From Breznakia sp. PF5-3 (GTDB taxonomy: Bacteria > Bacillota_I > Bacilli_A > Erysipelotrichales > Erysipelotrichaceae), in the NCBI RefSeq assembly GCF_029504745.1, contig NZ_JAQFIQ010000019.1, positions 1 through 32,000 of the forward strand: a stretch of 32,000 nucleotides of DNA. The letters are read 5' to 3'. Below the pieces are notes generated by a model. That model saw nothing but the letters and a program-made list of their open reading frames with translations, had not been told where the DNA came from and ran no database searches. Made by a program: the position numbers and the translations under genes. This document shows positions 7,019 through 14,761 of this stretch, one piece after another. The stretch's first letter is position 1. Each line of letters starts with the position of its first letter.

Positions 7019-9808
7019 ATGCAAGAGAGTGTAAAGAATGTATACAAGTTACAACCAAGTGATGTATACAAAGAATTAGGCTCTGATATTAAGGGATTAC
7101 AGTCGAGTAAAATAGTTGAATATCAAAGCAAATTTGGAAAAAATGTAATTCGAGAAGCAGAGCAAAAATCAATATGGAAAACATTTTTTAGTAATTTCAC
7201 AAGCTTGATGGCCATTTTGCTATGGTTTGGTGGAGGGATTGCTATTTTTGCTGATATGATGGAATTAGGTATTGCCATTTGGTTGGTAAATGTAATTAAT
7301 GGGGTATTCAGTTTCTGGCAAGAATTTCAAGCGGGAAAAGCAACGGATGCTTTGAAAAAAATGTTACCATCTTATGCACGAGTTTTACGTGATAATAGTG
7401 AACAGCAAGTCCTATCTGAGGATTTATTGCCAGGAGATGTGATGTTGATTGAAGAGGGAGACAAAATCTCTGCAGATGCAAGACTTATATCTTCTACAGA
7501 TTTGCAAATTAATCAATCAGCTTTAACAGGTGAATCTAACCCTGTACATAAACTTGAAGATGCGGTATTAAAAGATGACTTGGCAAAATTTGAAATTCCT
7601 AACTTAATCTTTGCTGGGACAACTGTTGCAAGTGGTAGTGGTAAAGCGGTTGTAACAGCAATTGGAATGGAAACAGAGTTTGGGAAAATTGCAAATTTAA
7701 CACAAAGTATGAAGGATGAGAAGAGCCCATTACAAAAAGAGTTAGATAATCTAACAAAACAAATTTCAATTATTGCGTTAAGTATTGGTATATTCTTCTT
7801 TGTCTCTGCTATATTTTTTGTTCATGATCCAATTGCAAAATCGTTTATCTTTGCCCTTGGAATGATTGTTGCGTTTATTCCTGAGGGATTATTACCAACA
7901 GTTACATTATCTTTAGCAATGGCAGTACAAAGAATGGCAAAAGAACATGCTTTAGTCAAAAAACTATCAGCAGTTGAGACATTAGGATCCACCTCTGTTA
8001 TCTGTTCTGATAAAACAGGAACTTTAACACAAAATGAAATGACAGTAAATACCCTTTGGTTAGCTGAAAATGAATACAATGTCACAGGATTAGGCTATTC
8101 AAGCGAAGGATCTGTAATGTTGAAAGATAAAGCTGTAAAAGCCAAGGATGATAAAGATTTAAATCTTTTATTATCTGGTGCTAGTTTATGTAGTAATGCA
8201 AGGGTTGTACCACCAAATGAAGAAAATGATCGTTATACCGTATTGGGAGACCCTACCGAGGCATGTTTGAATGTAGTTGCTGAAAAAGCAGGCATTAATT
8301 TAGAAACATTGGAAAATGATGCTGTGCGGATTCGTGAACTTCCTTTTGATTCACGAAGGAAAAGGATGACAACCATTCATCAGCTGAAGGAAGAAATTGA
8401 TGGCACAAAGCGAATTGCCTTTGTAAAAGGTGCACCAAAAGAAGTGATGGAATTAAGTGCGACAATTTTAATCAATGGGAAAAAAGAAGCAATGCCATTA
8501 TCGATGCGTAAAGAAATAATGGCAGCTAATGATAAATATGCTAGAGATGGGTTACGTGTATTAGCAGTTGCATATCGACCAATTGATAAAGATGCAAATT
8601 TACCAACTGCGCTTAGTGCGTATACACCAGAGCTTGTAGAGCAAGAATTAGTATTTGTTGGGTTGGTAGTTATGTCAGATCCACCAAGACCTGAAGTAGC
8701 AGAGGCGGTAAAGCTTTGTCATAAAGCAAGTATTCGCATTGTTATGATTACAGGAGATTATGGATTAACTGCTGAAAGCATTGCTAAACGTATTGGTATC
8801 GTTGAAGGGGAACATCCGCGAATTGTAAGTGGCTTGGAGTTGGAAACCTTAAGTGATGATGATTTAGAATCCGCATTAAAAGAGGAAGTAATCTTTGCTC
8901 GTGTTGCTCCTGAACAAAAATATCGAGTTGTGACAATGTTGCAAAAGATGGGGCATACAGTGGCGGTTACAGGAGATGGAGTAAATGATTCTCCAGCTCT
9001 TAAAAAAGCTGATATTGGTGTGGCAATGGGAATCACTGGAACGGATGTGGCAAAGGAAGCTGCTGATATGATTTTAACAGATGATAATTTTGCTTCTATT
9101 GTAAAAGCTGTTGAAGAAGGCCGTGCAGTATATAGCAATATTCAAAAATTCTTATTATACATATTAAATAGTAATATGGCAGAGGCAATTCCATCTGCAG
9201 CGTTTCTCTTTTCTGGTGGTCTTATTCCATTACCTTTAACAGTAATGCAAATTTTATCAATTGACTTAGGAACAGATATGTTACCAGCTTTGGGATTGGG
9301 AACAGAACTTCCTGAAGAAGGAATTATGGATCAACCACCACGTTCTAAAAAAGAACGTTTGCTAAATAAGAAAATTGTTGTTAAAGCATTTTTATGGTAT
9401 GGAATGATTGCTTCTGTAATTTCAATGCTTTGTTATTTCTATGTGAATATAAGCTATGGATGGCCTAATATACCACTTGCTGCAAGTGGTATACCTTATC
9501 GTGAAGCAACAACGATGACCCTGGCAGCAATTATCTTTTGTCAGATTGGAGCAGTGCTTAATTGTCGAACAACAAAACAATCTGTATTTAAAGTAGGAAT
9601 CTTTAAAAATAAGAAAATTATGTTTGGTATCGTATTTGAAATTCTTTTATTAGCATTGTTGATGTATGTTCCTTTCTTTCAAGAAATTTTCAATACTGCA
9701 CCATTAGGAATAAAAGAATGGATTATATTGTGTATTATTCCATTCCCTGTGTTGGGAATTGAAGAATTGAGAAAATATTTTATAAGAAAAAAGGAAAGAG
9801 GTGAATAA
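7019..9808 (+). CDS. Cation-translocating P-type ATPase, type II, with Na,K/H,K-ATPase (IIC)-like core motifs
   Basis: I prefer ATG 7019 after GGGGGAGG; the track start at 6983 is a TTG. Motifs: TGES (7526-7537), ICSDKTGTLTQNEM (DKTGT at 8009-8023), MITGD, TGDGVNDSPALKKADIGVAMG. TM4 is IPEGLLPTVTLSLA, TM5 is NSNMAEAIP and TM6 is IDLGTDMLPALGLG. Confidence 0.9.
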   Translation: MQESVKNVYKLQPSDVYKELGSDIKGLQSSKIVEYQSKFGKNVIREAEQKSIWKTFFSNFTSLMAILLWFGGGIAIFADMMELGIAIWLVNVINGVFSFWQEFQAGKATDALKKMLPSYARVLRDNSEQQVLSEDLLPGDVMLIEEGDKISADARLISSTDLQINQSALTGESNPVHKLEDAVLKDDLAKFEIPNLIFAGTTVASGSGKAVVTAIGMETEFGKIANLTQSMKDEKSPLQKELDNLTKQISIIALSIGIFFFVSAIFFVHDPIAKSFIFALGMIVAFIPEGLLPTVTLSLAMAVQRMAKEHALVKKLSAVETLGSTSVICSDKTGTLTQNEMTVNTLWLAENEYNVTGLGYSSEGSVMLKDKAVKAKDDKDLNLLLSGASLCSNARVVPPNEENDRYTVLGDPTEACLNVVAEKAGINLETLENDAVRIRELPFDSRRKRMTTIHQLKEEIDGTKRIAFVKGAPKEVMELSATILINGKKEAMPLSMRKEIMAANDKYARDGLRVLAVAYRPIDKDANLPTALSAYTPELVEQELVFVGLVVMSDPPRPEVAEAVKLCHKASIRIVMITGDYGLTAESIAKRIGIVEGEHPRIVSGLELETLSDDDLESALKEEVIFARVAPEQKYRVVTMLQKMGHTVAVTGDGVNDSPALKKADIGVAMGITGTDVAKEAADMILTDDNFASIVKAVEEGRAVYSNIQKFLLYILNSNMAEAIPSAAFLFSGGLIPLPLTVMQILSIDLGTDMLPALGLGTELPEEGIMDQPPRSKKERLLNKKIVVKAFLWYGMIASVISMLCYFYVNISYGWPNIPLAASGIPYREATTMTLAAIIFCQIGAVLNCRTTKQSVFKVGIFKNKKIMFGIVFEILLLALLMYVPFFQEIFNTAPLGIKEWIILCIIPFPVLGIEELRKYFIRKKERGE

Positions 9809-9810
9809 AG

Positions 9811-10461
9811 ATGAAAGTAATTATAGTAGGAAGCGGACGTATGGGATCTGGTCTTGTAAAACAACTGACGAAGGAGAATCACAAGGTTACGGTAATTGAT
9901 ACTAATGAAGACGTATTAAAGGAAACAGCAAAAAATGCTCAGTTTACAGCAGTAGTGGGAATTGGGTTTGATAAAGATGTTTTAGAAAAAGCTGGAATTA
10001 AAAGTGCTGATGCATTGGTTAGCTGTACCAATAGCGATGAAACCAATGCCTTAATTGCTAGAATTTCAAAAAATATGTATCATGTTCCACGTGTAATTGC
10101 TCGTTTGTTTGATCCTGACAAAGCAAAAATTTATAGCGCTTTAGGAATTGAAACAATTTCGACAACATCATGGGGGATTAACCGTGCTAGTGAACTTATT
10201 AATTATAGTGAACTGGATACGATTATATCCGTTGGAAGTGGGGAAGTAGAGATTGTGAAAATTGAAGTACCAGCATTATTGGTAGGTAGAACGATTGAAG
10301 AAATAAATGTTATTGGTGAAATTCGAGTGATTTCAGTTTATCGAAACAATAAAGCATTTATTCCAACGAGTGGTAGTGTTTTGCAGGCAAATGATATTTT
10401 ATATATCAGTGTTCTTTCAAATTCGATAAAGCGATTAAAAACGCTTTTAGGATTACATTAG
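9811..10461 (+). CDS. TrkA/KtrA-type RCK protein (TrkA-N Rossmann plus TrkA-C), paralog 1
   Basis: MKVIIVGSGRMGSGL carries the GxGxxG motif. 216 aa with a C-terminal TrkA-C-like segment. The ATG is 2 nt after the ATPase stop. Confidence 0.85.
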   Translation: MKVIIVGSGRMGSGLVKQLTKENHKVTVIDTNEDVLKETAKNAQFTAVVGIGFDKDVLEKAGIKSADALVSCTNSDETNALIARISKNMYHVPRVIARLFDPDKAKIYSALGIETISTTSWGINRASELINYSELDTIISVGSGEVEIVKIEVPALLVGRTIEEINVIGEIRVISVYRNNKAFIPTSGSVLQANDILYISVLSNSIKRLKTLLGLH

Positions 10462-10471
10462 GAGGTGTATC

Positions 10472-11131
10472 ATGAAAGTAATTGTTATTGGTGGAGGACA
10501 AGTAGGTTCTTATGTTGCCTCAATCTTGCTTAAGCATGATTGTGAAGTAAAGATTATTGAGAATCGAAAGGAAATCCTAAAGAAATTAAAAAATGAGTTT
10601 GCACCTGAGATGTTAATTGAAGGTGATGGTACCGATCCAGTAATGTTGGAAGAAGCAGGAATTGCCAATACGGAATGTGTTGTAGCGGTTACAGGAGCAG
10701 ATGAGGTAAACTTGGTTGCTTCAACAATCACAAAATATGAATATGGAATTGAAAGAGTAATCGCCCGTGTGAATCATCCTAAAAATGAGTGGTTATTTAC
10801 TTTGGAAATGGGAGTGGATGTAAAAGTGAATCAAGCAGAACTATTGGCAAGACTAGTTGTTGATGAAATTGATTTGAAAAACATTTTGACATTGATGAAG
10901 ATAAATCGTGGTGATTATTCCATTGTACAAATGAATGTTTCAGGTGGTTCAAAAGCAGATGGGGCAATTATAAAAGATTTAGATATTCCAGAGAAGTTTG
11001 TTTTCATCTCAATTATTCGTAATCATGAAGTACTCATTCCTAAAGGGGATACGAAATTACAAAGTGGAGATAATATCTTGGCACTTACGGATTCAAATGG
11101 GCAAAAAGTTGTAAATGAGCTCTTAGGATAA
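10472..11131 (+). CDS. TrkA/KtrA-type RCK protein (TrkA-N plus TrkA-C), paralog 2
   Basis: MKVIVIGGGQVGSYV carries the GxGxxG motif. 219 aa. AGGAGG RBS sits in the 10-nt gap after paralog 1. Confidence 0.85.
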   Translation: MKVIVIGGGQVGSYVASILLKHDCEVKIIENRKEILKKLKNEFAPEMLIEGDGTDPVMLEEAGIANTECVVAVTGADEVNLVASTITKYEYGIERVIARVNHPKNEWLFTLEMGVDVKVNQAELLARLVVDEIDLKNILTLMKINRGDYSIVQMNVSGGSKADGAIIKDLDIPEKFVFISIIRNHEVLIPKGDTKLQSGDNILALTDSNGQKVVNELLG

Positions 11132-11175
11132 TAAAATAGGGTTTTATAATGATTATATAGTAAATATTTTTATAA

Positions 11176-11202
11176 AAAATGAACCTTTTAAGGTTCATTT
11201 TC
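11176..11202 (+). terminator. Rho-independent terminator ending the ATPase-trkA-trkA operon
   Basis: ATGAACC (11179-11185) pairs with GGTTCAT (11192-11198). An A-run lies upstream and TTTT downstream. Confidence 0.7.
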
Positions 11203-11232
11203 CACTTAATTAAGGGAAGTAGTGAAAAATAG

Positions 11233-11261
11233 TTGCACTATATGTTATAATATATTATAGT
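11233..11261 (+). promoter_or_regulatory. Candidate promoter for the CHAP hydrolase gene
   Basis: TTGCAC (11233-11238), 17-nt spacer, TATAGT (11256-11261). Confidence 0.4.
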
Positions 11262-11313
11262 TTTTTATGTTTGAAATAAGTAATGTTAAAAAGAATTAAA
11301 TGAGGTGGTTTGA

Positions 11314-12600
11314 ATGAAGAGCAAAAAACTTTTATTACTTCTAACAATTGTTGTTGTGATGATTGGGGTTGTCACAGTGAGAGACGACGCAATAAAAGCA
11401 CAAGATTTTGAAGGAAATGAAGAACATTGGACAAGTGTCTGTTCGCAATACACAGAAGATCAAAATACAATAAATACCTGTAATGAGTACAGGCAGTATT
11501 TAAATAAGAAAACGCAAGAAGCAAATACAAAATCTCAAAATGCACAAAAGGAAATTGATTCAATGCAAGGGGATTTATCAAAGTTAGGCAACTTGGCTTA
11601 TGAATATGAAGGCAAAGTTGCAGATGTAAAAGCTGAGATTGCGAGTGTAAATGCATCTATCGTTGAAGCTGAAGCAAGTATTAAACTTGTAGAAGACAAG
11701 ATGAAGGAGCAAAAAAAGGTTATTGATGCGAGGAAAGATAAAATAAAAGAACGCATGAAAGATATTCAGGTGTCAATTAACACAAATGAATATATTGACT
11801 TTATCATGGGTGCAGAAAACTTGGTTGATTTTATTCAGCGTTCAGAAAGTATTGGAACGATTACAGAATATGATAATCAACAGTTGGATATTTTGAATGA
11901 AGAAATTGAAAAATTAGAAAAAGATAAAAAAGAAAAAGAAAGATTACAAGCTACATTAGAGACACAAAAAGCTGCTTTAAATACAAAGAAGGAAGAATTG
12001 GAAGTAAAAGAAGCAGATAGCAAAAAAGTATTAGCAGCACTTGTTGATAAGCAAAATGAATTGAAAGCTCAAAAAAACAGTGCAGCAGCTTCGGCTAATG
12101 TGTATACACAACTTATTCCACCAGTTCCATCACCACCAACCACTGGAGGTGGAGGGGGAAACCTCAACTGGGGAAGAGATTTTTATAGTCAATACTATAA
12201 ATCCCCTACAAATCCATTCAGTGTAGTTGGATTAACAGGACAATGTACATGGTATTGCTTTGGACGTGCTACCGAAGTAAATGGATTAGGAATTCGTAAT
12301 TCAATTCCTTTGGGTAATGCAAATTCATGGTATAGTAGTTATGGTGGAAGTAAAGGACAAACACCTAGAGCAAATGCAATTGTAGTATGGAGTTTTGGCG
12401 CATATGGACATGTTGCATTTGTAGAGTCATACAGCAATGGTACAATCACAATCTCGGAAGGCAATGTGAATGCACCAGGCGGTGGATTAGGATACTGGAC
12501 ATCCCTTGAAACAGCGATAAAATATACGCAAGTTTCAACATTGTCATATTCTGATTTAGTGGCTTTTCGTGGAAGACCAGTAGGATTCATTTATTTTTAA
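11314..12600 (+). CDS. Secreted coiled-coil plus C-terminal CHAP-domain peptidoglycan hydrolase (PcsB-like architecture)
   Basis: Signal/anchor MKSKKLLLLLTIVVVMIGVV. About 200 aa of heptad-like, K/E-rich coiled coil. Pro/Gly linker PPVPSPPTTGGGGGN. CHAP motifs GQCTWYCFGRA (catalytic Cys) and YGHVAFVE (His). Confidence 0.85.
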   Translation: MKSKKLLLLLTIVVVMIGVVTVRDDAIKAQDFEGNEEHWTSVCSQYTEDQNTINTCNEYRQYLNKKTQEANTKSQNAQKEIDSMQGDLSKLGNLAYEYEGKVADVKAEIASVNASIVEAEASIKLVEDKMKEQKKVIDARKDKIKERMKDIQVSINTNEYIDFIMGAENLVDFIQRSESIGTITEYDNQQLDILNEEIEKLEKDKKEKERLQATLETQKAALNTKKEELEVKEADSKKVLAALVDKQNELKAQKNSAAASANVYTQLIPPVPSPPTTGGGGGNLNWGRDFYSQYYKSPTNPFSVVGLTGQCTWYCFGRATEVNGLGIRNSIPLGNANSWYSSYGGSKGQTPRANAIVVWSFGAYGHVAFVESYSNGTITISEGNVNAPGGGLGYWTSLETAIKYTQVSTLSYSDLVAFRGRPVGFIYF

Positions 12601-12621
12601 ATGATTCATTTATAAAAATAA

Positions 12622-12652
12622 ATAGGGCGTTCAAAGAGAATGCCCTATTTTT
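12622..12652 (+). terminator. Rho-independent terminator
   Basis: ATAGGGC (12622-12628) pairs with GCCCTAT (12642-12648), followed by TTTTTG. Confidence 0.75.
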
Positions 12653-12748
12653 GTTTGAAATTTAATACTCCAATATTAGTCGTGGACACAAATGCTATAT
12701 TATGGGTGGATATGATATGATAATGTTAGAAGAAGAGGTGTATACATT

Positions 12749-13291
12749 ATGGAGAAGCAAGGTATATATATAAGAGAATTAACGGTGACAGATATAGATG
12801 CGCTGTTATCGTATGAGATAAAAAATCGTGATTTTTTAAAGGATACCATTCCTTTAAAAGCAGATATTTATTACACACTAGCTGGACAACAACAGCGTCT
12901 TGAGAATATCTTAACATGTAAGATGAATGACTTGGGATATTCGTATGGTGTTTTTTTGAAAAAAGATCATACGCTAATTGGTACAATTGATTTGTTCCAA
13001 GTAGAGCGTGGACCTTTGCAAAGTGCATGGCTAGGGTATGCATTGGATAAAGATTACCAGGGGTATGGATATACAACACAAGGCGTTCGTGAGGTCATTG
13101 AGATAGGTTTTAATGATTTACAATTGCATCGAATTGAGGCAGGAGCAATGCCAAGAAATGAAGCTTCTATTAGAGTACTAGAAAAAACAGGCTTCCAAAA
13201 AGAAGGCTTGTCTTTGAAAAATGTACAAATAAATGGGAAATGGGAAGATCATTATCTATTTGCAATTCTTAATCCTAACTCTAATATTTAA
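12749..13291 (+). CDS. GNAT-family N-acetyltransferase (RimJ/RimL-like)
   Basis: 180 aa. QGYGYTTQGVREVIEIGFNDLQLHRIEAGAMPRNEASIRVLEKTGFQKEG is a typical acetyl-CoA-binding core of RimJ/L-type GNATs. Confidence 0.85.
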   Translation: MEKQGIYIRELTVTDIDALLSYEIKNRDFLKDTIPLKADIYYTLAGQQQRLENILTCKMNDLGYSYGVFLKKDHTLIGTIDLFQVERGPLQSAWLGYALDKDYQGYGYTTQGVREVIEIGFNDLQLHRIEAGAMPRNEASIRVLEKTGFQKEGLSLKNVQINGKWEDHYLFAILNPNSNI

Positions 13292-13308
13292 AGTTCATAT
13301 AATTGCTG

Positions 13309-13337
13309 AAAAACAGATTTAACGAATCTGTTTTTTT
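13309..13337 (+). terminator. Rho-independent terminator
   Basis: AAAAACAGATT pairs with AATCTGTTTTT around a 5-nt loop. A T-run follows. Confidence 0.75.
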
Positions 13338-13412
13338 AATGAGCACTAAAATTGCGAAAGCGAAGGAACAACGTTATCATTAAGTTAACAAGGATATTTA
13401 GGAGGAATAAAG

Positions 13413-14258
13413 GTGAAAGAAAGAACAATTAAAAAGCTAGTTAAAGGGCAACATGCGATTGATGGTGCTGGAGTACATTTAGTAAGGGTTATTGGATATA
13501 ATGATGTGAAAGATTTTGATCCTTTTTTAATGTTAGATTCTTTTGATTCTAAACAACCCGATGATTATATTAAGGGGTTCCCTATGCATCCACACCGTGG
13601 GATAGAAACGGTTACTTATTTAATCAAGGGTAATATTGAACATCAAGATAGTCTTGGTAATAAAGGTAGTATTGATAATGGGGAAAGTCAGTGGATGAGT
13701 GCTGGCAGTGGGATTTTACATCAAGAGATGCCACAGCCAAGTGAACATTTATTGGGGTTGCAACTATGGATTAATCTACCACGAAAAGATAAAATGAGTA
13801 ATCCACACTATATGGATATCAGGACAAATGATATTCAAGTAATGAAAGAAGAACATGCTACGATTCGTATTGTATCAGGAGAATATAATGGGATGAAAGG
13901 TATTCAACCTAGATATGTTGATGCTTATATATTTGATGTAAGTGTTGATGAAAATTATGAAGTTACAATACCTACTCGCGAAGTAGATAATGTTTTTATT
14001 TTTACTATTCAAGGAGACATAGAAATTGGTGGAAAACACATCGAAGAGAAAACAGCAGTTTTATTTGATATGGGAGATAAAATCCGTATCAAAGGAAAAT
14101 CAAAAGACACTAGATTCATTTACTTTGCTGGAAAACCACTTCATGAGCCAATTGCTTGGGGTGGACCAATTGTAACTAACACACGTGAAGAATTGGAATT
14201 AGCTTTTGATGAATTGAATAACGGAACATTTATTAAGCATAATGCTATGGAAAGGTAA
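13413..14258 (+). CDS. Pirin-family (bicupin) protein
   Basis: FPMHPHRGIETVTYLIKG and SAGSGILHQE are pirin metal-site motifs. GTG start follows AGGAGG. Confidence 0.85.
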   Translation: MKERTIKKLVKGQHAIDGAGVHLVRVIGYNDVKDFDPFLMLDSFDSKQPDDYIKGFPMHPHRGIETVTYLIKGNIEHQDSLGNKGSIDNGESQWMSAGSGILHQEMPQPSEHLLGLQLWINLPRKDKMSNPHYMDIRTNDIQVMKEEHATIRIVSGEYNGMKGIQPRYVDAYIFDVSVDENYEVTIPTREVDNVFIFTIQGDIEIGGKHIEEKTAVLFDMGDKIRIKGKSKDTRFIYFAGKPLHEPIAWGGPIVTNTREELELAFDELNNGTFIKHNAMER

Positions 14259-14270
14259 TGAGGTGATAAA

Positions 14271-14732
14271 ATGTTAGAAGTAGGACAAAAAGCGTTTGAT
14301 TTTGATTTATTTGATAAGGATGGAATAAAACATAAATTAAGTGATTATCTTGGGAAAAAGGTAGTCGTGTATTTCTATCCCAAAGATGATACTCCAGGAT
14401 GTGTGAAAGAAGCTTGTGCATTTCGAAACGCATTTCAAGACTTTAAAGATAGAGATGTTGTCGTTATTGGAATAAGTAAAGATTCTCAAGAATCGCATCG
14501 GAAATTTGCTGAGAAATATAATTTACCATTTATTATTCTATCAGATCCTGAGTTAGAAGCGATTCAAGCGTATGGAGTATGGGTTGAAAAGAATATGTAT
14601 GGTAAAAAATATATGGGAGTTAATCGATCAACTTTTATTGTTGATGAACAAGGAGAAATCATAAAGGTATATAAAAAAGCTACCCCAGATAAGAATGCTG
14701 AAGAAATCATTGCTTTCTTAGAAGGGAAATAA
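14271..14732 (+). CDS. bcp: Thiol peroxidase Bcp (peroxiredoxin, AhpC/TSA family)
   Basis: YFYPKDDTPGCVKEAC carries the peroxidatic Cys motif. 153 aa. It starts 12 nt after the pirin gene and has a GAGGTG RBS. Confidence 0.85.
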   Translation: MLEVGQKAFDFDLFDKDGIKHKLSDYLGKKVVVYFYPKDDTPGCVKEACAFRNAFQDFKDRDVVVIGISKDSQESHRKFAEKYNLPFIILSDPELEAIQAYGVWVEKNMYGKKYMGVNRSTFIVDEQGEIIKVYKKATPDKNAEEIIAFLEGK

Positions 14733-14760
14733 AAAGTTGTACGAATTGTACAACTTTTTT
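14733..14760. terminator. Bidirectional rho-independent terminator between bcp (+) and the MacB-like gene (-)
   Basis: AGTTGTAC (14735-14742) pairs with GTACAACT (14748-14755), flanked by A5 upstream and T6 downstream. Confidence 0.8.
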
Positions 14761-14761
14761 G

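Noticed and set aside
11203-11313. WalR-type direct repeats (TGTWAH-N5-TGTWAH) upstream of the PcsB-like gene
   Set aside because: TGT-containing hexamers are present (TGTTAT, TGTTTG, TGTTAA), but none has the required 11-bp phasing or a matching second half-site.
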